Shown here: positions 20,415 through 29,459 of the stretch, piece after piece
Layout of the letters: every line of letters begins with the position of its first letter
Position numbering within the stretch: the first letter of the stretch is position 1
DNA from: Candidatus Pacearchaeota archaeon CG_4_10_14_0_2_um_filter_35_33
Lineage (GTDB): Archaea > Nanobdellota > Nanobdellia > Pacearchaeales > GW2011-AR1
Direction: 5' to 3'
Length of the DNA stretch: 64,000 bases
Assembly (NCBI GenBank): GCA_002792635.1
Contig: PFOR01000027.1
Coordinates: forward strand, 2,563-66,562
Program-made: the position numbers and the translations under genes
The notes under the pieces: generated by a model
Told to the model about the DNA's origin: nothing
Database searches by the model: none
Seen by the model: the letters and a program-made list of their open reading frames with translations, nothing else

Positions 20415-21053
20415 ATGATTAGAATAATAAAGAGTTGGTCAAAAAGGGTGTTGAATAGCCTCTTTGGAAGAAAGGATAACATCAAATTGGGTTTCTATGG
20501 GCCTCCAAATGCGGGAAAGACTAGTCTTGCTAATATAATCTGCAAGGATTGGACTGGCGAGGAGATTGGAAGTGTTAGTGATGTCCCTCACGAGACTAGA
20601 AGCGTTCAAGTCAAAGAAAAAGTTGAGATAGAGCATAAAGGAAAGAAACTTACTTTTAAAATTGCAGATACGCCGGGAATTGCAACAAAGATTGATTATG
20701 AGGATTTTTTGAAGTTTAAAATGAAAAAGAAAGCTGCTAAAAAAAGAGCTAAAGAAGCTACACAGGGAATAATTGAAAGTATAAAGTGGTTGGATGATAT
20801 GGATGCTATAATTGTTGTTCTTGATGCTACAGAGAACCCCTATTCACAAGTTAATATAACTGTTGTTGGAAATATTGCGGCTAAAGAAAAACCGGTTTTG
20901 ATTATCGCGAATAAGATAGATTTGAAAAAAGCTAATGTGAAGACGATAGAAGCAGCCTTCCCTGAATATGAGGTTGTTGGAATCTCTGCTAAAAAGAAGA
21001 AAAATATCGACGATTTTTATGAAGCCTTGTTTAGGCTCTCTAAAAAAGTTTAA
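20415..21053 (+). CDS. oapA: Era-like small GTPase (OapA family)
   Basis: GPPNAGKT, PHETR, DTPG, NKID; followed by OapB/OapC-like genes. Confidence 0.85.
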   Translation: MIRIIKSWSKRVLNSLFGRKDNIKLGFYGPPNAGKTSLANIICKDWTGEEIGSVSDVPHETRSVQVKEKVEIEHKGKKLTFKIADTPGIATKIDYEDFLKFKMKKKAAKKRAKEATQGIIESIKWLDDMDAIIVVLDATENPYSQVNITVVGNIAAKEKPVLIIANKIDLKKANVKTIEAAFPEYEVVGISAKKKKNIDDFYEALFRLSKKV

Positions 21054-21062
21054 ATAAGGAAA

Positions 21063-21491
21063 ATGGCTAATAAGGAAATGAAAAGGAAAAAGAGGTCTAG
21101 TTCCAGTTCTAGAAAGGTGAAGGGATTGGGCTTGCATGTGATTCCGTTTTCCGAAGTGCAATACTTATCTATTACAGATAGAATAAAGAAAATATTAAAA
21201 TTAATCTTGGGAAATAAAATTGTGATTCTACAGGGAAGGTTAAAAGTGGAGGAGGAGATAAGATTGATTGAAGACACCATGGCGATGGTAGATCACATAA
21301 AATCATTCAGGGGGATTGAGCTTGCAGTTATAGAACCTAGCTTGAATGATTCAGGAATTATGGCAAAGATGAAACAAGGAATAGCAAATAGACTCTCAGG
21401 TAATACTGGGGCTTTGACGATAATTGGACCTGCGTCTATTGTTAAGGAAATAAAGAAAGATCCTAAGAAACTTGAAGTTATGTTGGGATAG
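21063..21491 (+). CDS. oapB: DUF2073 / OapB family protein
   Basis: IVILQGRLxxEEE.RLIE.TM...F.GIE...LTIIGPA. Confidence 0.82.
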   Translation: MANKEMKRKKRSSSSSRKVKGLGLHVIPFSEVQYLSITDRIKKILKLILGNKIVILQGRLKVEEEIRLIEDTMAMVDHIKSFRGIELAVIEPSLNDSGIMAKMKQGIANRLSGNTGALTIIGPASIVKEIKKDPKKLEVMLG

Positions 21492-21526
21492 AGAACAAGT
21501 AATTTTATTAATGCCTTTATACTGGA

Positions 21527-21925
21527 ATGTCTATGCCACACCAATGCGTTCATTGTTCAAAAGTATATGAGGATGGTTCTGACGCAGTCTTAAAAGGGTG
21601 TAAGGATTGTGGGAGCAGATTTTTCTTTTATCTTAGCCATGAAAAATTAGAAAAAATAAGAAGTTCCGGAAAAGAAAGATTGAATTTGACAAGTGCTGAG
21701 AAAAAACAGATTGAGGAAGATGTTAGGGATATTGTTGGCGTGGAAGAGGAAGATGCTCCAATCGTGATGGATTTTGAGAGTGTTAAAGTGATTAAACCCG
21801 GAAAGTATTTGTTGGATATTGGAAATTTGTTCAATAAAGAAAGGCCTTTAGTCTATAAGCTAGAGGATGGGAAATACATAGTTGATTTGATTGGAAGTAT
21901 GCAAAGGGGAAAGAAAGGTGTTTAA
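21527..21925 (+). CDS. oapC: Zn-ribbon protein (DUF2072 / OapC family)
   Basis: MPHQCVHC...LKGCKDCGSRFF...ESVKVIKPGKYLLD. Confidence 0.85.
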   Translation: MSMPHQCVHCSKVYEDGSDAVLKGCKDCGSRFFFYLSHEKLEKIRSSGKERLNLTSAEKKQIEEDVRDIVGVEEEDAPIVMDFESVKVIKPGKYLLDIGNLFNKERPLVYKLEDGKYIVDLIGSMQRGKKGV

Positions 21926-21996
21926 CTACAACTTTTAGAAAACCTCAAGAATCAAAGAAGGAGAAGGTATTTAAATCGGAAAAGATTAGCGACAAT

Positions 21997-22587
21997 ATGA
22001 AATTAGAGGTGAATGTTGAGAAGAGGTATGCTATCGGAATGATTATGAGTTTTTTGATTCTGGCAGGAGCTATTTTTGGTGTTGCTCAATGGAACCAGCC
22101 CGATGTTTGGCATGATGCTAGTGCTGTCAAGGTTAATGTTAATGGGGAGAAGGATTTACAGACTGCGATAAATAATGATTTTTGTAGAGGTGATGGAGTA
22201 AATTGCCCTACTGGCTCTATAAATTACATGGCTACTTGGACTCCTGTTTCTAAGAGTAACCAGTTTTATCAGGACGGTGATTTAGATTACGCTAATTTGA
22301 ATATTCCCCCAGATGCGAATGAAATATTAATTTATGTTAGAGGATGGCAACAGGGAAAGGCTGGAGGGACCATAGGTATAAAGGAGATAGATATTTACAC
22401 TAAAGAGGGTACTAAAGAATATTTGACTAAATTTGGAATGCTTGAAGGTGTCAATAATTTTGATTATGGAAGTTCTTCGGAGGACATGTGGCTTCCAATA
22501 ACCAGCGATAACAAGGTTTATGTTAGAGGAATGGATTGGACAGGTCAACAAGATTGGATTCAAATTGACATTTTAGGTTATCGTTAA
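21997..22587 (+). CDS. Hypothetical membrane-anchored/secreted protein
   Basis: N-terminal hydrophobic helix, beta-rich remainder, own TATA (tatttaaat). Confidence 0.6.
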   Translation: MKLEVNVEKRYAIGMIMSFLILAGAIFGVAQWNQPDVWHDASAVKVNVNGEKDLQTAINNDFCRGDGVNCPTGSINYMATWTPVSKSNQFYQDGDLDYANLNIPPDANEILIYVRGWQQGKAGGTIGIKEIDIYTKEGTKEYLTKFGMLEGVNNFDYGSSSEDMWLPITSDNKVYVRGMDWTGQQDWIQIDILGYR

Positions 22588-22624
22588 TCCCATAATTTAA
22601 AAACAATATTGGCTTTCTTATAGA

Positions 22625-23890
22625 ATGAAAAGAATACTTAAAGAACAGATTGATTTGATTAGACCAGCAAAAAAAGAGTTGTTGGAAATAAAAAAGGAAG
22701 TCAATCTATTTGTGGAAGAGTTGAAAAAAGAAGTTAATAGGGGCAAGCAAAAAGGCGATGTTTTTGTTGGGGGAAGCTTTGCCAAGGGAACTCTTGTTAA
22801 GAAGGATAAGTATGATGTAGATGTTTTTGTAAGGTTTGACTGGAAATATGAAAAACTATCAGAACTATTAGTAAAGCCCTTAAAGAATCTTGGTAAAAGA
22901 CATAAGTGGAAAGTTGAGAGGATTCACGGCAGTAGAGACTATTTTAGAGTGTATTTTTCTGATAAGAGTTATTTTGAAGTTATTCCTGTTACTAAAATTA
23001 AACATCCTAGGGAGGAAAGGAATGTTACTGATTTAAGTTATTTTCATGTGCCTTATATCAAAAAGAGGATTAAAGGGTTGGAAGAGGACATAATGCTGGC
23101 TAAAACATTTTGCCATGCGCAAAAGGTTTATGGGGCTGAGACTTATGTTCAGGGATTTTCGGGATATGCTTTGGAATTGTTAGTTATTCATTATAAGGGA
23201 TTCAAAAAAATGTTGAAACAATTAATTAAGGTAAGAAAGGATAATAGGCTAATAGTTGACCCTGAAAAGCATTACAAGAGAAAGAATGATGTTTTGTTTG
23301 ATATGAATGAAGCAAAGCTACAATCACCAATTATTTTAGTTGACCCCACTTATAAAGAAAGGAATGCCCTTGCAGCGTTATCGAGAGAAACTTTTGAGAG
23401 ATTCCAGAGTGCTGCTAAAAAATTTCTTAGGAATCCTAAGAAAAACTATTTTGTTAAGAAACCGATTGATGTTAAAAAATTGAGAAAAATTAAAGGGGAA
23501 TTTATACATGTTAAACTTGAAACAGATAGACAGGAAGGAGATATTGCAGGAACAAAACTAAAGAAGTTCTCTGAATTTTTGATAATGGAGATGAAGGAGT
23601 ATTTTAAGATTAAAAGAGATGAGTTTGATTATAATGATAGCAAAGATGCTGATTTGTATTTAGTTGTTGAAAGTAAGAGAGAAATTATTAGGATGGGTCC
23701 CCCGAACTATACTAAGAAGTTAAGGAAGCACATACAAGCTTTTAAGAAAGAGCATAAAAAGACTTTTGTTAAGGAAGGGATTTTACATGCTAAGATAAAA
23801 GTGAATTTTACAGGTAAAGAATTTATTCAGAAATTGAAGAGAAGGGATGAAGTTAAGGATATGGGGATAACAGGGATAAAAATTAAATAA
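22625..23890 (+). CDS. cca: Archaeal class I CCA-adding enzyme
   Basis: GGSFAKGT...DVDVF nucleotidyltransferase motif; YGAETYVQGFSGYALELL; LVDPT. Confidence 0.92.
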   Translation: MKRILKEQIDLIRPAKKELLEIKKEVNLFVEELKKEVNRGKQKGDVFVGGSFAKGTLVKKDKYDVDVFVRFDWKYEKLSELLVKPLKNLGKRHKWKVERIHGSRDYFRVYFSDKSYFEVIPVTKIKHPREERNVTDLSYFHVPYIKKRIKGLEEDIMLAKTFCHAQKVYGAETYVQGFSGYALELLVIHYKGFKKMLKQLIKVRKDNRLIVDPEKHYKRKNDVLFDMNEAKLQSPIILVDPTYKERNALAALSRETFERFQSAAKKFLRNPKKNYFVKKPIDVKKLRKIKGEFIHVKLETDRQEGDIAGTKLKKFSEFLIMEMKEYFKIKRDEFDYNDSKDADLYLVVESKREIIRMGPPNYTKKLRKHIQAFKKEHKKTFVKEGILHAKIKVNFTGKEFIQKLKRRDEVKDMGITGIKIK

Positions 23891-24223
23891 ATCCTGAAAT
23901 TTCGTATCCTGCTCCTGTAAGAAATCTTCTTGTTTCTTGAGTTATCCCCCTAAATAAATCGTCTCTTTGGGAGGAAATAATCAGTAATACCTCTTACGTT
24001 CCGTCTCCTTGTCCAGGGATATAGTGTCTCTTGACTGTCACCGAAGAATCTCTGGACTGATATGGATTTTTGGCTATTAAGCCCTTTCCAAAGGTCGTAA
24101 ATCCTGAACGCTCTCTCGTTAAACCGAGTTCTCCCATTAGGGCTTCAAAACCTTTGTTTTATCTACTAGCATCTTCAGGGAGATAGGTCCTTTCTTAGAA
24201 TAAGCTGTTGTTACAGTTCTCAT
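23883..24223 (-). pseudogene. Degraded small gene downstream of TrmB
   Basis: ATG 1 nt after TrmB stop (MRTVTTAYSKKGP), frameshift to GFEALMGELGLTRE...GQGDGT*EVLLIISSQ...RRFLTGAGYEISGFI*. Confidence 0.45.
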
Positions 24224-24224
24224 C

Positions 24225-24998
24225 TTACCTTAAACTAAAATTAAGCATTCCGTTTAAAGCCTCTGAGAAGTAGGGTGCGTTAATCCAGAGTCCTATTTCC
24301 TCATCTGAATGCTCGTATGTTATCATGAACAGAGATTCTCTTTTATCAGCAATTATGAATCTGCCCTTGTTAGATGTTATTTTAGCATTTAACTTGTGCT
24401 TATTGTTTATTTTCCTTATGTCTGATTCCTGACCATTAAGGGCGATTTTTACCCTTATGTTAGATTTCTTAAGTTTCTCAATTTCAGGTAACAAAATTCT
24501 TGATCTCTTATCAAAATCCTGAACGGATGTGCAGATTGCAATTTCTTTCTTTGCATTTCCGAATATATCTCTTAGTTTCGAGTTAATGTGTGTCTTTCCC
24601 TTTAGAGCTCCTGAAAGATCTTCTGCCTTTACTGGGGAAATTCCAGCAGAATAAAGTTGTTCAAGTTCCTTGTATTCATCCCTTTCTCTTAATTTTCCAA
24701 GAAGTTTTACTTTTTCTTGAGCTTCTGTTAGAACATTAGATTTTATTTTTTCTATGATTGCATGAGGTTCTACTGCTATATACTTAACTGGTTTTCCAAT
24801 CTTAATTATTGCGAATCCTCTCTTTGCTAGGGATTCTAAAACATCATAGGTTCTTGATCTAGGGACACCTGATAGCTCTGCAGTCTCTCCTGCTGATACA
24901 ACGCCTTTAGATAACAGGGCTAGCCAAACCTTTGTCTCATAGATATTTAGGCTGAAATGGTCTTTTATCTTGTTTACTAGTTCTTGTTTTACTATCAT
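24225..24998 (-). CDS. TrmB-family transcriptional regulator
   Basis: LNIYETKVWLALL...SGVPRSRTYDVLESL..RGF wHTH plus PLD-like effector domain. Confidence 0.92.
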   Translation of the reverse strand: MIVKQELVNKIKDHFSLNIYETKVWLALLSKGVVSAGETAELSGVPRSRTYDVLESLAKRGFAIIKIGKPVKYIAVEPHAIIEKIKSNVLTEAQEKVKLLGKLRERDEYKELEQLYSAGISPVKAEDLSGALKGKTHINSKLRDIFGNAKKEIAICTSVQDFDKRSRILLPEIEKLKKSNIRVKIALNGQESDIRKINNKHKLNAKITSNKGRFIIADKRESLFMITYEHSDEEIGLWINAPYFSEALNGMLNFSLR

Positions 24999-25240
24999 TT
25001 TGCTTTATAATTCCCTATTTTTGAGCCTGGTACTATGGTTTGATCACTTATTGTTAAACCACTCCGTACAATCTGCCTTCCTAATTCTTGCGCATCATCG
25101 GTTCTTGTCCAAAAGTCTATTTCCCTGATGTTTCTTTGTTCTGCATAGGACACAGAGCTATAATTATCTAAGATTTTTCTGAGATTTCCTAGATTATCCT
25201 CTCCTATTGAGTTTATTTTTACTGTTCCTGATACTATCAT
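24995..25240 (-). CDS. Hypothetical protein (81 aa)
   Basis: ATGA overlap with TrmB; TATA upstream. Confidence 0.6.
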   Translation of the reverse strand: MIVSGTVKINSIGEDNLGNLRKILDNYSSVSYAEQRNIREIDFWTRTDDAQELGRQIVRSGLTISDQTIVPGSKIGNYKAK

Positions 25241-25339
25241 GTAAAAGTGATAAATATCGGGTATATAAAGGTTTTGGTTGTTGTACCTTTAAGATAGTAA
25301 AATCGGAAGGTTTAAATATGGAAATTTTTAAGAGGGACT

Positions 25340-25687
25340 ATGCCAATAGGATTTAATAGACCTTCAGATAGGAGAGAATATGATGGAATAGTCTTAGTTG
25401 CGCCTGGAGATGATCTTTATTTTTCGAAGGTGGGCAAGACAATTATACAAACCGTAGGTAATGGCACTATTGCTGCAAGTTATGTTGGAATGAATCCTGG
25501 AGGTTATATGGTAACTGATAGACACATAGGTGAAAAGGATGGGAAAGTTGCGATTATAAATGATATAAAACTATTAAAACCTGCATCTGAGATAACTATA
25601 TCTGACAAAGACTTAGAATCTTTCATTGAGAATTTTCAAAAAGCAATGGATAGAGCGGAAGCGGATAAAAAGGACAAAGATAAATAA
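25340..25687 (+). CDS. Hypothetical protein
   Basis: ORF with aaggtttaaata promoter about 25 nt upstream. Confidence 0.6.
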   Translation: MPIGFNRPSDRREYDGIVLVAPGDDLYFSKVGKTIIQTVGNGTIAASYVGMNPGGYMVTDRHIGEKDGKVAIINDIKLLKPASEITISDKDLESFIENFQKAMDRAEADKKDKDK

Positions 25688-25713
25688 TTTATACTCTAAA
25701 TGCCTGGTTTTTT

Positions 25714-25914
25714 ATGAAAACAGAGGTGAGATGTTTTTATCAATTATTTGGGAGCCCATATCAGTGTTGTATAGGATGTGAGCCTGATTTAGATCCAGAA
25801 CATGGTATAAATAATGAGAGTTGTGATAGATATTACCCGGTTAATGTTAGAATTTTAGATTTTGTGGATGCGATTCGTAGAGATGTTCGTGATACTTGTA
25901 ATAACTTAGATTAG
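25714..25914 (+). CDS. Small Cys-rich hypothetical protein
   Basis: 66 aa with six Cys (C...CCxxC...C...C); TATA-like tttata upstream. Confidence 0.45.
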   Translation: MKTEVRCFYQLFGSPYQCCIGCEPDLDPEHGINNESCDRYYPVNVRILDFVDAIRRDVRDTCNNLD

Positions 25915-26820
25915 TAATGCTATTCCGAGAGCAATTAGACATCCTACTGTGATGAATGGCATTGCCGGGTAGAATTTCCCTTTCTCAGATACATAGAACA
26001 AGTATGTTAGGGCTATTGTAGCACCTATTGCTATTAATAGTGCTTGAGCTAAACCCATATAAGCCAGGACAACTCCTGATAGAATCATTGGAAATACTAT
26101 ATCTCCGCCTCCCAAAATAGCTACACTGACTTTCATTGGTTTCTTGGACTTGGATTTTTTCCTTCCTTTTAGTAAAACGCGGTCTTTCTTTCCTAGATAT
26201 GGTACGAAGAATCCCGGGAATACTTTGACTTTTTCCATCTGGTATTTAGCCATTTTCTGCATGAATCCTGCATGCCAAACAGCATACATATCATATATGG
26301 ATATGATTACAAGCAACAAAACGACAGACCAAACACTTAATAGCGGGACAAAGACGGCTGCGATTCCGGGATAAACTAATAATTCTGTTATATTATGAAC
26401 TATTATGTTTCTTTTGAACACTTTAAAGAAAGCTAGAGGTAATGCAATGATTATTGCTATTAAAGATGCGTAGGGCACTTTAAAGAGAAATGCATTTAAC
26501 GCTAATCCGATACCCACTATTATAACGATGAAAAACCAAACTCTTAATACAACTTCTGCTCTTAATTTCATTAAAACCAATACCAAAGAAACTGCAATTA
26601 CTAATGCTATGATAATAGATGTTGTTGCTGAACCCGGAGACACATCTTCCGGAGGAGTAAATCCATAAGGGAGATTATAATCTGTGCTGTTTATTTCTCC
26701 AGAACCCCCTTTTATCGCTGCTGAAGCAGGAAGATACATAAAACTGACAAATATTCCTATTAGCTGGGCTAAAAGAAACATTGCGAGAAGAATCATAGTC
26801 ACCTTTTTTGTATGTTTCAT
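25906..26820 (-). CDS. Presenilin/SPP-like intramembrane aspartyl protease
   Basis: YD (ISIYDMYAVW), GxGD (LGGGD), PAMP; multi-TM. Confidence 0.92.
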   Translation of the reverse strand: MKHTKKVTMILLAMFLLAQLIGIFVSFMYLPASAAIKGGSGEINSTDYNLPYGFTPPEDVSPGSATTSIIIALVIAVSLVLVLMKLRAEVVLRVWFFIVIIVGIGLALNAFLFKVPYASLIAIIIALPLAFFKVFKRNIIVHNITELLVYPGIAAVFVPLLSVWSVVLLLVIISIYDMYAVWHAGFMQKMAKYQMEKVKVFPGFFVPYLGKKDRVLLKGRKKSKSKKPMKVSVAILGGGDIVFPMILSGVVLAYMGLAQALLIAIGATIALTYLFYVSEKGKFYPAMPFITVGCLIALGIALLI

Positions 26821-26874
26821 TATTAAAACACCTATGGTTTCTTTAAGTTCAACTTCCCTTATAAAGTCTCTTAT

Positions 26875-28764
26875 TTATTTCAGTCTAATCGTCTCTAAAT
26901 TCCTTGGAACTGTAGTTTCTACGCGATTCATTTTATATAATGAGGACGCCAAATCAAGAGATTTTGAAACCTCTCCGTGATTAATAATTATTTTTTTAGG
27001 GCGGGGATTCATTCTATTTATGTATTGAACCAATTCATTTCTTCCAGAGTGCGGGGATAAACCATACATTGTTTCAACTCTCATCTTTACTTCTACTGTT
27101 TCCCCAGACTCTTCTATCCGCACGACTTTTTCTCCCGCCTTAACTTTTCCTCCTAAAGACATGGGGGCCTGGTAACACCCAAAGATAAGGAGATTTTTTG
27201 GATTGTCTGCCAAATTTCTAAAGTATTCCACGGATGCTCCACCTACTAGCATTCCAGATGTTGCAATTATGATGCATGGGCCTCCTTCAATTACTTCCTT
27301 TCTTTCTGTTGGAGAGCCAACACGTTTTAAGATAGATGATGTAAAAGGATTATTGTCCTGAAATATTTGTCCTCTGACATTTGATGATAGGAAATCTGGA
27401 TATGCTGTATGAATTGCAGTAATATCCCAAAGCATCCCATCCAAATATACTGGAATCTCAGGTAATTTTCCTGTTCTTATGGCCTCTTCGACTCTAAGCA
27501 TTGTTTCCTGAGCGTGTCCTAAACCTAGTTCCGGCAAGAGAATTTTTCCACCTTTCTTTATAGTTTCGTTTGCAGCATCCAAGAATTCTTGTTCTACCTC
27601 TCTCATTGGCGGATGAATGTCTGTTTTAGCACCATATGTGGATTCTAATGTTACTGTTTCTGCTCTTGGGAACCTATTAACCGCTGGATCAAGGAGTCTT
27701 GATTTTTTGTAATTAGTATCTCCAGTGTAGACAAAATTATGGGCACCATTTCCTATATTTATGTGTGTGACTGCTGAGCCTAAAACATGTCCTGCATTGT
27801 AGAAAGTTATCCTTATATCTGGTGTTATGTCATGAACTTCTCCATAATTTAAACAAATGGAATGTTTAACCATATCTTTCACTTGTTCGGCCCTGAATAT
27901 TGGAGCTTCTGCTTGTTTGTATGCAACGCCTATGAAATCTAATGCTAGTAGGGCAGATATATCTCTTGTCGGAGCAGTCATATATACCGGTCCTTTGTAG
28001 CCCATTTTGTACAAATAAGGAATTAAAGCTGAGTGGTCTGTGTGTGCGTGGCTTAAAATAATTGCATCTATCGTCGATATATCTCCAATTTCAGAAACAT
28101 CCAGATAGGGGAATCTATCAGGGCCTTTTGAAATTCCAGGGTTAATTCCGCAATCTAAAAGGATTTTCGAATTTGGAGTTTGTAATAATAAACAGGACCT
28201 TCCAACCTGTCTCCCTGAACCAAGATAAGTTACACGTGCCCATATGTCCATTTTATCTAGAGTCCAGTCTTTGTAAATTTTCTCACCAATGTCATTTAAA
28301 AATTTCTTTCTGTAATTGTTGTTTGCATAAAGAACAGAACGTATTTTTTCTGTAATCTTTGAAGGAATCGCAGAGCTTCTTTGTACTGTGGGTGTCCAGA
28401 GTGTTGACACTTTGATGTCCTTCAATATGGATCCTCCTTTTCCTATAACCATTCCCGGTTTTTTTGCCTCTATTATTACTGTGCTTCTTTGAACATCAAA
28501 AATCATATTTGTTATTCCTGCCTCCTGTTCAACTAATGCTTTGATTGTTTTTTCTGTGTCTTCTTCTGATGCAAGAAGTTTCTTATCTGCTCTTAGTTCT
28601 ATTCTTTTCTTTACTATGTCGACAACTTCTTTTATTTTTCCTTCTCCATTTTTGAAGAAATCTTTATCAGAAGTGTAGATAACTATATTTGCTCCTTCAA
28701 AAATTGATTCACTTATTACTCCTTTAGGTAATTCTTCTTCAATACTTTTTAGAATATCCGACAT
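26875..28764 (-). CDS. beta-CASP ribonuclease aCPSF1 (FttA) with KH domains
   Basis: KH region (KPGMVIGKGG), HAHTDH, AGHVLGS, NHGE. Confidence 0.95.
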   Translation of the reverse strand: MSDILKSIEEELPKGVISESIFEGANIVIYTSDKDFFKNGEGKIKEVVDIVKKRIELRADKKLLASEEDTEKTIKALVEQEAGITNMIFDVQRSTVIIEAKKPGMVIGKGGSILKDIKVSTLWTPTVQRSSAIPSKITEKIRSVLYANNNYRKKFLNDIGEKIYKDWTLDKMDIWARVTYLGSGRQVGRSCLLLQTPNSKILLDCGINPGISKGPDRFPYLDVSEIGDISTIDAIILSHAHTDHSALIPYLYKMGYKGPVYMTAPTRDISALLALDFIGVAYKQAEAPIFRAEQVKDMVKHSICLNYGEVHDITPDIRITFYNAGHVLGSAVTHINIGNGAHNFVYTGDTNYKKSRLLDPAVNRFPRAETVTLESTYGAKTDIHPPMREVEQEFLDAANETIKKGGKILLPELGLGHAQETMLRVEEAIRTGKLPEIPVYLDGMLWDITAIHTAYPDFLSSNVRGQIFQDNNPFTSSILKRVGSPTERKEVIEGGPCIIIATSGMLVGGASVEYFRNLADNPKNLLIFGCYQAPMSLGGKVKAGEKVVRIEESGETVEVKMRVETMYGLSPHSGRNELVQYINRMNPRPKKIIINHGEVSKSLDLASSLYKMNRVETTVPRNLETIRLK

Positions 28765-28766
28765 TT

Positions 28767-29420
28767 TTAATTATAAGTTGCTGTTATCTCTTGTGAAACT
28801 GCATGTTTTATTCCATCTTTTGTTATTGTGAAGACATCAATTCCGTTACCAGAACCAACGTCTCTCTGTGTCGAAGATTTTATAGCTTCTATTGCTAATT
28901 CTACTCCTTGTTGAACGGTTATGTTTTTATTCCATTGTCTTTCTAAAAGTCCAAGAACGAATGGCATTCCAGATGAGAAGTTTGCATCATAATCTTTTAT
29001 CTCTTGAACTCCTCCAGCAGGTTCTATGGTATAGGCCTCGAATGAGCCATCTGGGTTGATGCCTGAAACGATTGTTCCTACGATATGAGGAATCATGGAA
29101 GGGGCTCTGATATTCTTATAAAATATCATACCTATCAGGTGTGCTGCTTCCTTTACACTAGGCCTTGATTTTGTTTTTAATTCCTTGAGCCTGAGTTCAG
29201 CAGCTATAACCTTTCCAGATATAAATGCGTCTGCAACACTTCCCGTCCAAGACATTACTAAATAATCATTTATTTTGGATACTTTTTGGAAGTCTTTATT
29301 CATAATTAAAGTGCCTGCAGTTACCCTTCTGTCTGCACCCATAACTATTCCATCCTTACAGACTATGCCTAAGACTGTAGTGCCCGTTTTCAACATGTTA
29401 TTCTTCAATTCAGAGTCCAT
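28767..29420 (-). CDS. psmB: Proteasome beta subunit
   Basis: Propeptide + KTG/TTVLGIVCKDGIVMGADRR; RDVGSG. Confidence 0.96.
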   Translation of the reverse strand: MDSELKNNMLKTGTTVLGIVCKDGIVMGADRRVTAGTLIMNKDFQKVSKINDYLVMSWTGSVADAFISGKVIAAELRLKELKTKSRPSVKEAAHLIGMIFYKNIRAPSMIPHIVGTIVSGINPDGSFEAYTIEPAGGVQEIKDYDANFSSGMPFVLGLLERQWNKNITVQQGVELAIEAIKSSTQRDVGSGNGIDVFTITKDGIKHAVSQEITATYN

Positions 29421-29459
29421 AGAACAAACCTCTATGGTTTTAAAGATAATGGAGCCTAT

